Shown: in pieces, positions 48,303 to 58,564 of the stretch
How positions within the stretch are numbered: position 1 is the stretch's first letter
How the letters are laid out: each line of letters begins with the position of its first letter
DNA from: Verrucomicrobiota bacterium
Lineage (GTDB): Bacteria; Verrucomicrobiota; Verrucomicrobiia; Limisphaerales; UBA11358
DNA length: 64,000 nucleotides
Direction of reading: 5' to 3'
Assembly (NCBI GenBank): GCA_049511835.1
Contig: JBEKXN010000003.1
Location: forward strand, 33,248-97,247
Program-made: the position numbers and the translations under genes
The notes under the pieces: generated by a model
The model's database searches: none
The model's input: the letters and a program-made list of their open reading frames with translations, nothing else
Told to the model about the DNA's origin: nothing

Positions 48303-49200
48303 GACAATCGCGGGATTCATCCACTTGCAACCTGCCACCGGAATTTTTTCCGGCGAGCAGGTGCGCGGCCAGCGCATCGCCGACCTGTTTTTCAACGGCA
48401 TCGCGCATCGGGCGCGCGCCGAGCTTGGGATGAAAACCCTTTCGCACGAGAAACGGCAAAACGGTTTTATCCAATTCCAGCGTGTGACCGCGTGCGGCAA
48501 GGAACTCAATTTCCCGCGACAAAAACTTTTCAGCAATTTCCAACTGGTGTTCGTAGCTCAAGCGACCGAACACCAGTTTTTCCGTGATGCGGGCGAAAAT
48601 TTCCGGGCGCAACGCCTGCTGCGCGCGGGAAAGGACGTGGCGTTCCAACGTCGCGTCATTGGAATGTTGCAGGGTCATCAATTCTGCCGAGCCGATGTTT
48701 GAAGTCAGCCACACATAAAATCCGCTGAAATCCAAAGTCCGCCCCGTCGCCACCGTGATGCGCGCGGCATCCAGCAGTTGCAACATGATGTCCAAAACAC
48801 GCGGATGCGCCTTTTCCGCTTCGTCAAAAAGCAATGATCCTTCGGCGGCGCGTTCGCGCACCGCGCCCAGGTAGCCAGCTTCCCCAAGCCGCGCACCGAG
48901 CAGCAGGCCCAATGATTCCTGCGTTTGAAATTCCGACATATCGAAACGGAAAAGTTTTTCCGCGCCAAAGATTTGACTGGTCAAGACCACGACCGTTTCC
49001 GTTTTGCCCACGCCGGTTGGTCCGAGCAGTAGAAAACTGCCACGCGGACGGGCGGGCTTGGTGAGGCTTAATTCGCCGCGCTGCACCACGGAGACCACGC
49101 GCGGCAAAACCTGATTCTGGCCGCGAATTTCTTTTCGCAAGACGCCTTCCACTTGGCGGAGGCGTTCGAGTTTTTGGGCGTCGAGTGTCGTTGTATTCAT
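48289..49200 (-). CDS. Stand-alone ClpB/ClpA NBD2-type AAA+ ATPase
   Basis: GPTGVGKTET, RFDMSEFQ, LLFDEAEKAHP, LTSNIG, GARPMRDAVE; no NBD1 or N-domain; GGAAGG RBS before ATG 49200. Confidence 0.88.
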   Translation of the reverse strand: MNTTTLDAQKLERLRQVEGVLRKEIRGQNQVLPRVVSVVQRGELSLTKPARPRGSFLLLGPTGVGKTETVVVLTSQIFGAEKLFRFDMSEFQTQESLGLLLGARLGEAGYLGAVRERAAEGSLLFDEAEKAHPRVLDIMLQLLDAARITVATGRTLDFSGFYVWLTSNIGSAELMTLQHSNDATLERHVLSRAQQALRPEIFARITEKLVFGRLSYEHQLEIAEKFLSREIEFLAARGHTLELDKTVLPFLVRKGFHPKLGARPMRDAVEKQVGDALAAHLLAGKNSGGRLQVDESRDCLIVL

Positions 49201-49232
49201 GGCCTTCCATCGTGCCCAAAAGACTTTTTCAC

Positions 49233-49255
49233 TTTGTTCCAAAATGGAACAAAGC
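49233..49255. promoter_or_regulatory. Palindromic operator-like site, copy 2
   Basis: Identical to 26794-26816; between divergent AAA gene and pilin operon. Confidence 0.65.
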
Positions 49256-49327
49256 GCATTTCAAAAAGTGAAAAGATGGGCGCGTCAATGGGCGGAAGAA
49301 TCCGCCGCGAAAACAAAAACTTAAAAT

Positions 49328-49684
49328 ATGAAAAAACTATTCGTTCAAAAAAAAGTCCGCGCGCGTATGCGCTCCGTGTTCACCGTCGCGGCCTTGCTCG
49401 CGCTCAACGTCCTGCCCGCCTTCGCGCAAAGCACGACTTTCAATTCCACCGACTTGAAGACCGGCCTCAGCAACAGCCTGGCCGTCATCATGATGTTCGG
49501 CTTCGTTCTCGGCATTTTCGCTGTCATCTACGGCGGTTTTGCCATCCGGCGCGGCGACGTGGATCAGGGCAAGATGTCCATCATCGGCGGAGCGATTATC
49601 GCGGCGGCTCCTGCCATCGTCTTCGCCTTCTACAAAATCTTCGGGCTGGATTCCAACAGCGCGGTTGGCGTCGGCAACTTCTAA
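49328..49684 (+). CDS. VirB2/TrbC-like pilin
   Basis: Signal ending PAFAQ, two hydrophobic helices; first gene of mating-pair operon. Confidence 0.75.
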   Translation: MKKLFVQKKVRARMRSVFTVAALLALNVLPAFAQSTTFNSTDLKTGLSNSLAVIMMFGFVLGIFAVIYGGFAIRRGDVDQGKMSIIGGAIIAAAPAIVFAFYKIFGLDSNSAVGVGNF

Positions 49685-49726
49685 CAAGACGAATCGTTAA
49701 TTCAAATCCATCCGGCAAAACTAAAC

Positions 49727-50062
49727 ATGAGCGCAAAAAACGAATTACGATTGACCGACACCAACGCCGCGTCCGATTCCAAAGGACGCACCTGGGGATT
49801 GGAAGGGGGTTTGTTCTGGTGGTTGGTGGCGGGCATCGGCGCGGGCATCACCCTGTTCTTTGTGTTGCTCGTCGTCATTGGTTCGTCGCTCACCGTGTCT
49901 TTCCTTGTGGCGCTCGTGCCGGTGCTGATTTGCCTCGCTTACATCTTCGGATTGCGGCAGGGCAAGCCACCCGGTTACGACCGCGACATTTTTGAATATG
50001 CCGTGCATGGTCGCGGCTTCAGTCCCGAAGTTCATCGTTCCTGCCCCCATCCACTTCTATGA
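49727..50062 (+). CDS. VirB3/TraL-like membrane protein
   Basis: Two TM segments, GKPPGY motif; between pilin and virB4. Confidence 0.6.
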   Translation: MSAKNELRLTDTNAASDSKGRTWGLEGGLFWWLVAGIGAGITLFFVLLVVIGSSLTVSFLVALVPVLICLAYIFGLRQGKPPGYDRDIFEYAVHGRGFSPEVHRSCPHPLL

Positions 50063-50454
50063 AATCCGAAAAATCCCATTCCGAACCAAACTGGCTGTCA
50101 TCGGATAAACCACAATTTAACGGTTCGGTGGAAATCATCCCGCCGCGCCCGGTGTTCATCGAATTTATCACCGCCAAGCAGCTTTGGGGAATTCCATTGC
50201 AACAGTTGGCCTATTTCGTCCTGGGTGACAACTCCGAACGAGATGGAAAAAAGACCTCGCCACCCGATTTGCTCGTCTTGGTTTTCAAGACCCGCATTGT
50301 CTGCCTCTTTGGCTGGCGGCTGGAATTGATACTCGACCCATTGATGCAAGGGCGAGTGAAGCGCATCCACGCCGAAAAATATCTCGGCACGTTGATGATT
50401 GGCGAACCGTGGGTGTCGGAAGTCAGGGTCATTACCGAAATCATCCCCTTGTAA
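50059..50454 (+). CDS. Hypothetical protein (paralog of 23629-23985)
   Basis: ATGA-coupled within the T4SS operon. Confidence 0.65.
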   Translation: MKSEKSHSEPNWLSSDKPQFNGSVEIIPPRPVFIEFITAKQLWGIPLQQLAYFVLGDNSERDGKKTSPPDLLVLVFKTRIVCLFGWRLELILDPLMQGRVKRIHAEKYLGTLMIGEPWVSEVRVITEIIPL

Positions 50455-50455
50455 T

Positions 50456-50734
50456 ATGGACGCCGACGATCTCAAAACCATTGAAACGCAGCGGCAGGCA
50501 TTGCTCGGCCAGCTCAACACCGCTGAAGCCGCGTTGCGGACCGGCCTGCATACGCATGGTTTCGGCAGCACCGCCCGCGAACACATGGAGCGGGCGCGGG
50601 CGCACATTCAGGAAGCCTACATCGCCATCAACGAAATCAATCGCGCCCGCACCGTGGGACAACTGGTGAACGACTTGATTCGTGTCCAGCAGGTGATGGA
50701 CGCGGCCACACGCGGAAAATCTCAACGCATCTGA
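50456..50734 (+). CDS. Small helical hypothetical protein
   Basis: 92 aa, tightly packed before virB4. Confidence 0.6.
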   Translation: MDADDLKTIETQRQALLGQLNTAEAALRTGLHTHGFGSTAREHMERARAHIQEAYIAINEINRARTVGQLVNDLIRVQQVMDAATRGKSQRI

Positions 50735-50737
50735 TTT

Positions 50738-53512
50738 ATGTTTGAACGCGCACCCAACGGATTTTTCGTGAACGACTTGATTTTGTTCAACTCGCTCCGG
50801 CGCGGCGGTTACGTCGCCAAAGGCTTCGTCTTTGAAGCGCCTGACCTCACCAACAGTCCGATTGCCGACCTGAACGAGTTTCAGGAGCAGCTTTGCCTGT
50901 TGCTGGCTTCGCTGCACGAAAATCAGCGGCTGCAAATCCAATACTTTTCCGATTCGGACTACAAAGCCGAGTTGCTCCGGTTCCAGCAGGAGACGGAAAA
51001 ATTTGAAAACACCTGGACGAAGCGTTCGCGCAATGAGCGGTTCGTGCGCTACTGGCAGGCGATGGTCGAACGCAAGCTGCGGCGGCAGCGTGTCATCATT
51101 TACATTTCACGACCTTTGGAAAACACGCCCAAGCTGATGAGCGGCGATGCCGCGCTCCGCCAGTATTACCTGACGATCCTCGACCAGTTGCGGGGCGAGT
51201 TTGAGCACGCCCACCAACTGTTAATGGACATCTTCGCCAGCACCGGCACGCGCATATTGCCCATGACGGATGTTGACCATTTCAAACACTACAAAACTTT
51301 TCTTAATCCATCATTGGCCGACCGTTTTGACTTTGACGCCGCCCAGGATTTTTCACCGGAACTTTCGATTCAGGAAAATTGCTGGCACTCGGAAGGCAAC
51401 GGCCAGAGCGATTTCGGATTTTATCTGGACGGCCATTATCACTCCGTCATTGCGCTCACCCGCTGGCCGCGCACCACCTATCCCGGCATCATCCAACGGC
51501 TCACCAATCTCCGGCTGTTGGATTTCGCCATCACGGTCAACATTGACCCGCTGCCCATCACGCAGGAAATCAACAAAGAGGAAAAGGAACATGACCGCGT
51601 GGCCGGCGACTACGCCAGTGAAAAGAAAATCTCGCTGCTGACCGTGATGGAAAAGAAGCAGCGCAAAATCCACGCGCTGATGCAAGGACAGACCATTCCT
51701 TTCAATGCGGTATTTGTCATCCGCGTTTGGGACAAATCAAAAGACGGCTTGAATGCGAAAGCCAGCGCCATCAAGAACGCCATCAACTCGATGAACTCGG
51801 CGCAGTATTTTGAATCTAACCTGCCAAGCACTTCCAAGAATATATTTTTCCAGACATGGCCGGGCTGGTTGTGGGGACGGTATGAGCATCGAAAACTTTA
51901 TTCGGAACACCGATACCTGGCCGATATGCTGCCCGTCACCAGCACGTTCACCGGCCACTTGAAAACCGCCGAGGCCATTTACGACGGCCCAAACAATAAT
52001 CTGGTTGGCGTCGAGACGTTTTCCGGCTCGAAAGATAATCAGTCGCCGCAGCACGCAGTGTTGCTCGGCATGAGCGGGGCGGGCAAGTCCGTGACCGTCT
52101 GCGATCTGCTTTCGCAGACCGAAGGTTATTTCGCCTACACCGTCATCATCGAGGAGGGTTTGAGTTACGGCATCTACACGCAGACCGTCGAGGAAGGCGC
52201 ACGTCCCATCATCATTCATCCCGACGGCGACCTGACCATCAATTATCTCGATACGAAGGGGCTGCCGCTCACCCCCGACCATCTTTCCGCCGCGACTGCG
52301 CTGGTTGCCCGCATGATTGGCACGTCGAGTCAGGAGGACAAACAAATGCTGCGTCAGGCGCAGATCGCCAAATACCTGAATCTGCTTTATGAAGATTCGT
52401 TTCAGGACTGGCAGAAAAAGCGGCACGACCAGTTGCTTAACATCGCGCGTCATGCAATGGCCTTGCAAAAATTCCGGCTGGAGAAAATGCCGCCGGGCGC
52501 GACGACTTTGGAAACTTTTGCGGACTTCCGCGACCAAGCGAAGCTTGGAACCAATGGGGGAAAGGATGGACAGACATCGTCCGAGGCAGCGACGAACTTC
52601 AACGAATGGGGCACTGAATACATCGCCCAATTCCCGGAAGCCGAAGTCCTGCGTTTCCTGAAAGAACCCAAGACCTCGCGCGAAGTCCGCAATCTCGCCT
52701 TCGCTTATTTCACGCCGGAGGAGTTTCCCACGCACCGGATGTTGCAGGAATTGATGATGCTCGACCCGGTGGGTTCGGAACGTGACCAGATTATTGAAAT
52801 TGCCACGCTCATCCTGCCGTGGTGTCGGGACGGCAACTATGGCTGTTTGTTCGACGGCACGAGCAATTTGTCGCTTACCGGCAAGATTGCCCATTTTGAA
52901 CTCGGCTACATTCCCGAATCCGCCAAGGAGTTGAAAGCAGCGGCGGGCTTCCTCATCACGAATCACGCGCGCAAGCACATCATCACGCTCCCGCGTGCGC
53001 TGCGGAAACGCAACGTGTATGAGGAAGTCGCCCGCTTCCTCGACATCCCCGGCGGGCAGGAAATTGTTCAAGAGAGCTACGCACAGCTTCGTAAATTTAA
53101 TTGCTGGAACATTTCCATCGTCCAGCAGTATGCACGGTTCAAACAGTCGCGCATCCGGTCCGCCGTATTCGGCAACAGCCGCCAATTTTTCATCATGCGC
53201 CAGAACGACCGGGCGGATTTGGAGGACATGGCGCAGGACATCGCGTTACCGGAAGTGACCAAACACGCGATTATGAATTATCCATTGCCCGACCATCAAT
53301 CAGGACAAAAGTATTCGCCGTTCACCTATTTTCACACTGATTCAGGCCGCAACTTGTGCGGCACGGCTCACAACATTTCGTCGCGCGAGATGCTCTATTG
53401 CAGTTCGTCCAGCGGCGAGCATTTCGACAAACGCGCCCGCGAACTGCGCCAGAGCGCCAACATCGTCGAGGGCATCATCGCCCACGCCAACCCGCAAAAG
53501 GAGGGAGCATGA
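50738..53512 (+). CDS. virB4: VirB4-family conjugation ATPase
   Basis: 924 aa, Walker A GMSGAGKS, Walker B YEEVARF, AHFELG. Confidence 0.88.
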   Translation: MFERAPNGFFVNDLILFNSLRRGGYVAKGFVFEAPDLTNSPIADLNEFQEQLCLLLASLHENQRLQIQYFSDSDYKAELLRFQQETEKFENTWTKRSRNERFVRYWQAMVERKLRRQRVIIYISRPLENTPKLMSGDAALRQYYLTILDQLRGEFEHAHQLLMDIFASTGTRILPMTDVDHFKHYKTFLNPSLADRFDFDAAQDFSPELSIQENCWHSEGNGQSDFGFYLDGHYHSVIALTRWPRTTYPGIIQRLTNLRLLDFAITVNIDPLPITQEINKEEKEHDRVAGDYASEKKISLLTVMEKKQRKIHALMQGQTIPFNAVFVIRVWDKSKDGLNAKASAIKNAINSMNSAQYFESNLPSTSKNIFFQTWPGWLWGRYEHRKLYSEHRYLADMLPVTSTFTGHLKTAEAIYDGPNNNLVGVETFSGSKDNQSPQHAVLLGMSGAGKSVTVCDLLSQTEGYFAYTVIIEEGLSYGIYTQTVEEGARPIIIHPDGDLTINYLDTKGLPLTPDHLSAATALVARMIGTSSQEDKQMLRQAQIAKYLNLLYEDSFQDWQKKRHDQLLNIARHAMALQKFRLEKMPPGATTLETFADFRDQAKLGTNGGKDGQTSSEAATNFNEWGTEYIAQFPEAEVLRFLKEPKTSREVRNLAFAYFTPEEFPTHRMLQELMMLDPVGSERDQIIEIATLILPWCRDGNYGCLFDGTSNLSLTGKIAHFELGYIPESAKELKAAAGFLITNHARKHIITLPRALRKRNVYEEVARFLDIPGGQEIVQESYAQLRKFNCWNISIVQQYARFKQSRIRSAVFGNSRQFFIMRQNDRADLEDMAQDIALPEVTKHAIMNYPLPDHQSGQKYSPFTYFHTDSGRNLCGTAHNISSREMLYCSSSSGEHFDKRARELRQSANIVEGIIAHANPQKEGA

Positions 53513-54366
53513 AAGGATTGCATATCCTGAGTCTCGGCGCGGGCGTCCAATCCACGACCCTTTACCTCATGTTCATGCGCGGTGATCTCACACCGCAGAT
53601 TGATTACGCCATTTTCGCCGATACCGGCGAGGAACCGACGCCGGTTTATCGGCATCTGGAATGGCTCAAGTCCCTGAATGGCCCGCCCATTCTGGTCCGC
53701 TCCGTTGGCAAACTCGGCGAGGATTTGAAATACGGCCGCAATTCCACCGGCCAGCGGTTTGCCAGCATCCCCGCCTATACCACGGATGAACCCGGCTCAC
53801 CCAAAGGAATGGTTCGCCGACAATGCACCAAGGAATACAAATTGGAAGTCATTGAACAGGCCATTCGTCACGATGTTGTTGGCCTCAAACCGCGTCAATG
53901 GTTTCCGCGTGACGAGATTCATGTCCGGCAATATCTCGGCATCAGCTTCGATGAAGCCGGACGCGCGGCGCGTGTGCGTCTTCGCTATGAGGAAATCCCC
54001 TGGGCGACGCCCGTGTTTCCGCTCATTGAGCGCCAGATCACCCGCGCCATGTGCCAGCAACGGCTGAAAGCCTTTGGCGTCCCCCATGAAGTGCCGCGCT
54101 CGGCCTGCGTGTTTTGTCCCTACCGCTCCAACGACGAATGGCGCTGGCTGCGGGACAACGACCCCGCCGGTTTCCAACGTGCCATTGAAATTGACGTGGC
54201 GTTGCGGACGCCGGGCAACATCGTCAACCGGAACCTTGAACAAAAACTTTATGTGCATCGCTCGTGCGTGCCACTGGCCGAGGCATTCATCGAGAAAAAG
54301 GAATCGTTCCGGGACCAGACGTTCATGGGCTTTTATCAGGAATGCAACGGCCTGTGCGGAAACTAA
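53509..54366 (+). CDS. PAPS-reductase-like (PP-loop) protein
   Basis: ILSLGAGVQST, FADTGEEP, RQCTKEYK, SACVFCPY, terminal CNGLC. Confidence 0.8.
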   Translation: MKGLHILSLGAGVQSTTLYLMFMRGDLTPQIDYAIFADTGEEPTPVYRHLEWLKSLNGPPILVRSVGKLGEDLKYGRNSTGQRFASIPAYTTDEPGSPKGMVRRQCTKEYKLEVIEQAIRHDVVGLKPRQWFPRDEIHVRQYLGISFDEAGRAARVRLRYEEIPWATPVFPLIERQITRAMCQQRLKAFGVPHEVPRSACVFCPYRSNDEWRWLRDNDPAGFQRAIEIDVALRTPGNIVNRNLEQKLYVHRSCVPLAEAFIEKKESFRDQTFMGFYQECNGLCGN

Positions 54367-54376
54367 AAACAGCAAA

Positions 54377-54619
54377 ATGAACATCACACGCGAAATCAAA
54401 CGACTGGACACCGGCATACTCGTCGCAAAATTGACGCCGCAAGAGCAGGCGAAAATGGACGAACTCGCCGCCCGGCGTGAACGGTTGGATGCCGCGTTAT
54501 GGAATGCCAAGCGTGATGCAAAAAAGGCGCGGCAAAATGTGAACCTGCTCAAAAAACAATTAAAAGCCGTCCTTGCCGAACTTTGGCCGCTCCAAAAAAT
54601 CCGATTTCCTGAACTCTGA
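54377..54619 (+). CDS. Small coiled-coil hypothetical protein
   Basis: 80 aa, heptad-like basic helix. Confidence 0.55.
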   Translation: MNITREIKRLDTGILVAKLTPQEQAKMDELAARRERLDAALWNAKRDAKKARQNVNLLKKQLKAVLAELWPLQKIRFPEL

Positions 54620-54638
54620 CACAAAAACAATCACCGTT

Positions 54639-55055
54639 ATGAAAACATCATTGCTTATTCTTCCCCTTGCTTGCGCCGCCTGTTTGTTCACGGGCTGCGC
54701 TGCTGTGACCCGAACTGCCACGGATGTTGGCTTGGGCGCGGGCGGCGCGGCCCTCGGCGGCGAACTCACCCATAATAATCCCTACGCCATTGTCGGCGGC
54801 GCGGCGGGCGGTGCCTTGCTCGGCGAGGGACTCCACGCCGCTAACGGCAAATTGAACGACGCATCTTATCAGACCGGCTACGACAAAGGCCGAAGTGACG
54901 CGGTCAAGCAACAGTATTGGCTCTACGTTTCCATGCAGCAGGCCAAGGCCGGTGACAATGGCCATGTCCGGCTCTACGAAGTGCATTTGCCGGAGCAGGT
55001 GATTGACGGCGTGATTTTTCAGCCAACAACTCAATTCATCCGTATTGAGGAGTGA
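54639..55055 (+). CDS. Glycine-zipper lipoprotein
   Basis: Lipobox LFTGC, GAGGAALGG..GGAAGGALLG. Confidence 0.7.
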   Translation: MKTSLLILPLACAACLFTGCAAVTRTATDVGLGAGGAALGGELTHNNPYAIVGGAAGGALLGEGLHAANGKLNDASYQTGYDKGRSDAVKQQYWLYVSMQQAKAGDNGHVRLYEVHLPEQVIDGVIFQPTTQFIRIEE

Positions 55056-55109
55056 GCCTGCATCCCATTATCCCCCAAAAAACAAACAACCAAAGAAAGG
55101 ATAACAAAC

Positions 55110-55910
55110 ATGAAAAAGTTAATCGCAGTAATCGCAGTCGCCCTGCCGCTGGCGTTCTCCGCCCGCGCGCAGTGGATCGTCTATGACCCGACGGTCAACA
55201 TCGAACAGATCGTGTCTCAAGCCGAGGACATCGCCAAATACGTCCAAATGATTGACAACCAGGTGCAGCAGATCCAAACGCTCGGCGACCAGTTGAGCGA
55301 GTTCAAGAATTATGAATCCCTGTTCGGAAATCCGTCCCAAGTGGTGCTGTCAATGGTTGCACCGCTGGATGCCGACTTGAAAAGTCTTGAGCCGGGGCTG
55401 AATCTCGAAAACTTGGTATCCAGCGCCGACGGCAATTATGCCCTGACCTACAATGACAACGGCATCTATGCCACCGTGGGCACCAGCTTCCAGACGCCCC
55501 GCGGCCAGACCGTCCAGCGGCCTGCCGACCAATACAAACAGTATGCGGCCATCAACGACACCGCGAACAACTATGTCACGGTTGCCGACAATGCGGCGCA
55601 ACGCCGCGCGACCATCAAGGATCAAATCGCGCAGACCACCCAGCAACTTCAGAACGCCACGACCGATGCCGAGGTTCAAAAGTTGCACGGAGTGCTGACC
55701 AGTCTGAACGCCGACCTTGCCAGCACCGATGACGAGGTGAACCAAGCCGCGTCATCGGCAATGGTGCAGGACATCCAGAACCGGAATGACCAGCAGAAGC
55801 AGGTTCAGGCGTTGACTGAACAGCAAAACGCCGAGTTCACAGAGGCCGTCAGCAACTACACGGCGAAATTCCAGTTGCTCAACCAGCCGGTGCAGTTCCC
55901 CACGCAATAA
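55110..55910 (+). CDS. VirB5/TrbJ-like protein
   Basis: Signal ..ARAQ, WIVYDPTVNIEQI, Gln-rich helices. Confidence 0.7.
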   Translation: MKKLIAVIAVALPLAFSARAQWIVYDPTVNIEQIVSQAEDIAKYVQMIDNQVQQIQTLGDQLSEFKNYESLFGNPSQVVLSMVAPLDADLKSLEPGLNLENLVSSADGNYALTYNDNGIYATVGTSFQTPRGQTVQRPADQYKQYAAINDTANNYVTVADNAAQRRATIKDQIAQTTQQLQNATTDAEVQKLHGVLTSLNADLASTDDEVNQAASSAMVQDIQNRNDQQKQVQALTEQQNAEFTEAVSNYTAKFQLLNQPVQFPTQ

Positions 55911-55930
55911 ACATATAACGCCTGATTCCT

Positions 55931-57019
55931 ATGGCCACGTTCGACAGCATCTTTCCCACGTTCCTCGCCAAATGCGGAGAACTCCACACGCTGCTGTTGA
56001 GCGTGGCCTACGCCCTGTTTGTCACCGGCATCATCGTCACCGTGCATCATCAGTTCAGCCACAAAATCCTGCTGCATTTGCTGGTGCGAATCATGGTGCT
56101 GACTTCCTTGCTCGTGTTTCTGCCGGTATGGGGCAATCAAATCCAGCAGTTGTTGCAGGATTCAATCCTGTCCGGTCTGGGCGTTGACCCAAGACAGGTC
56201 TATGAGCAGTTTGTCCAGTTGCTCATCATCAAACGCGACACCGCCACGCAAACGTCCTGGTGGAATGTCATGTCGCTGCTGCATAACCTCACCACCGACC
56301 TCATCATCACTGGCGTCCTTTTCTTGGTTGGCCTGCTCGCCTCGTTTCTGTTGTTTTGGGCTTACATCATTCAGAGCATCATCCTCAATCTCGGCTACGC
56401 CCTGTCGCCGTTGCTCATCGGTTTCATGGCCATCCCCGCGCTCAAGCATACCGGCACCCGCTATCTTACCAATCTCGCCGGGGTTTTACTCTGGCCGTTG
56501 GGCTGGGCCGTGGCCGCGCTCGTGACGCAGGGCATTCTCGATTTTATGACCGACCCAAGTTTTGAATTCATTGACCCGACTTCCACGCTGCCCGACCTGC
56601 AAAAGACCATCGGCGTCGCCGCCGTGGGCTTCTGGATTATATTCAGCACCATTGCCGCGCCCGTCATCATCCAAAAGGTGATTGCCGCTGGCGCGCTGGC
56701 AGGCGGCGAACTGCTTTCCGGCGGCGCGCAAACCGCCATGCAGACCGCGACTTCCGCCGTCGGCAGCGCCGTGACCGCCGCGCCGCTCGGCCCCGGCGTG
56801 GCCATCGCCGCCGGTGGAGCGGCAGGCGCTTCGACCCTGTTTTCCACTTCCGGCGGCGTCGGCAACGCCGGTTCGCTCGTCAACAGCCTTGCCGGATGGG
56901 CGGTGCAGAAAAGCGATCCAACCGGCAACAGGGCCGTTCAGCAGTTGCTCGCGCAATTGCTCCAGCGTTTCGACCAGTTGCCGCCCATTTCACCGGCCAG
57001 CCTGCCTCCCAAATTATGA
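55931..57019 (+). CDS. VirB6/TrbL-like polytopic membrane protein
   Basis: Several TM segments, LSPLLIGF, Gly/Ala-rich tail. Confidence 0.75.
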   Translation: MATFDSIFPTFLAKCGELHTLLLSVAYALFVTGIIVTVHHQFSHKILLHLLVRIMVLTSLLVFLPVWGNQIQQLLQDSILSGLGVDPRQVYEQFVQLLIIKRDTATQTSWWNVMSLLHNLTTDLIITGVLFLVGLLASFLLFWAYIIQSIILNLGYALSPLLIGFMAIPALKHTGTRYLTNLAGVLLWPLGWAVAALVTQGILDFMTDPSFEFIDPTSTLPDLQKTIGVAAVGFWIIFSTIAAPVIIQKVIAAGALAGGELLSGGAQTAMQTATSAVGSAVTAAPLGPGVAIAAGGAAGASTLFSTSGGVGNAGSLVNSLAGWAVQKSDPTGNRAVQQLLAQLLQRFDQLPPISPASLPPKL

Positions 57020-57666
57020 AAACTGAAACTTCCACTTCATCGAAAACCGGCGCGGCACCCGCGCCAAAACATCTTGATTTGACGCGCCTGCTTGTGCTGC
57101 GCGACCGGCTGCCGTGGTTCTGGTTTGCGTTCACCGTCGCCGTGTTATTGCTTTCAGCGATTGACCGTTACCACATCGTCTCGCTGTTCAAACAGCGCGA
57201 GCGCGTCGTCATCATTGACCCTGCCGGAACTTACTATTTGAGTCCGTTGCTGCAATTCCAAGAGGCGAAGCAACTGCACATCCAGCAGGCGGAACTGGCG
57301 ACGCTGTGTTTCCTCGAACGTAATCCAAAGGACTTCGACAATCCCGACCTGCTCAAATTGTTGTTCCTCAAGCCTGCGTTCAACAAGGCGCAGGACGAAC
57401 GCATCAGCGAATCCGTGGAGTTTCGTTCCAAACAGTTGCACCAAAAAGCCGAGATTGGCCGCATTGACATCCTGGCTACGCGCGACAATGAAGTGCTTAC
57501 CGCCGTCACCGGCCAGATCATCCGTAGCGGCATCTTTCAAGACAAGGCGTTCACCGAGGCGTTTCCGTTCACGCTCCGGCTGCGTCTCATCCGCAACCCC
57601 AACATGGCCTTGAACGGACGCTTCCCCACCGCTGTGGGCGACTTCAAATATGAAATCAATCGTTAA
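57016..57666 (+). CDS. VirB8/TrbF-like protein
   Basis: Single N-terminal TM, VVIIDPAG; position in operon. Confidence 0.65.
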   Translation: MKTETSTSSKTGAAPAPKHLDLTRLLVLRDRLPWFWFAFTVAVLLLSAIDRYHIVSLFKQRERVVIIDPAGTYYLSPLLQFQEAKQLHIQQAELATLCFLERNPKDFDNPDLLKLLFLKPAFNKAQDERISESVEFRSKQLHQKAEIGRIDILATRDNEVLTAVTGQIIRSGIFQDKAFTEAFPFTLRLRLIRNPNMALNGRFPTAVGDFKYEINR

Positions 57667-58564
57667 CCTATTATCGTTCACCGTCACGGTGCTAACCGCC
57701 ACCGCTGCGCTGGCGCAGCCCATTCAGCAAGTCTGGCTGGACGACCACGTTGCCGTCTCCGTGCCGGTTGCGACCAACCGCGTCACCACCATCAGTTTCC
57801 CAAGCCCGATTGATGCCATTGACGGCGCGGGCATCACCGTGGATGGCAAAACACCGGGATTGTTTCAACTAGCTCACGCCAAAGGTTCGGCCTTTCTTTC
57901 CGTGCGTGCAATTTTTCCCAAAGCATCCGCCAATCTCAACATCCGGTGGAACGAACACACCTATGTATTTGAGTTGATCGAAAGTAATGCCCCGGTGCTT
58001 GCGCTTAACATGGCGGCTTTGCCGACACCGGAGGAAACGGGTGCTGGCCGTGCGCCCGAAGTCAGCCCGTTGAAATTGTTGTCGTTGCTCGACAAAGCCA
58101 AAGCCTTTCCGTTGCTCAAAGCGCAGCAGCCGGAAAGCGTGGCCGATGTCGGCTTCACCACCTACGACGGCAAGCCGCTCGTCAGCGATTTCAATGATTA
58201 TCAAATCCAGATTGAAGCCGCCTTTCGGTTCAACGCCGAGGACACGCTGGTCTTTCGTGTGGCTGTCACCAACGAAACAGACACGCCGCTGATTTATCAG
58301 CCGGACAGTTTCAGTCTTCGCACCGGCAACCGGCTCTATCCCCAATCCATCAGCGATGCCAGCGGAACCGTTCCGTCCAAAGGCCGGAGCATCGTCTATT
58401 TCGCCGTCACCGGCACGCCGGACGGTGGGCGCAACGACCTGTCTTTGAAAAATCAGTTCACCGTGCTGATGAATCGGCTGTCGGCGCCACCGCCACCGCC
58501 ACCCGTTGTCACGACCACCAATGCCCCCGTTCATCCCATTCGTTCACCAAGAAACCAGCCATGA
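57650..58564 (+). CDS. VirB9/TraK-like core complex protein
   Basis: Signal peptide, VTTISFPSPI, beta-rich domains. Confidence 0.65.
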   Translation: MKSIVNLLSFTVTVLTATAALAQPIQQVWLDDHVAVSVPVATNRVTTISFPSPIDAIDGAGITVDGKTPGLFQLAHAKGSAFLSVRAIFPKASANLNIRWNEHTYVFELIESNAPVLALNMAALPTPEETGAGRAPEVSPLKLLSLLDKAKAFPLLKAQQPESVADVGFTTYDGKPLVSDFNDYQIQIEAAFRFNAEDTLVFRVAVTNETDTPLIYQPDSFSLRTGNRLYPQSISDASGTVPSKGRSIVYFAVTGTPDGGRNDLSLKNQFTVLMNRLSAPPPPPPVVTTTNAPVHPIRSPRNQP

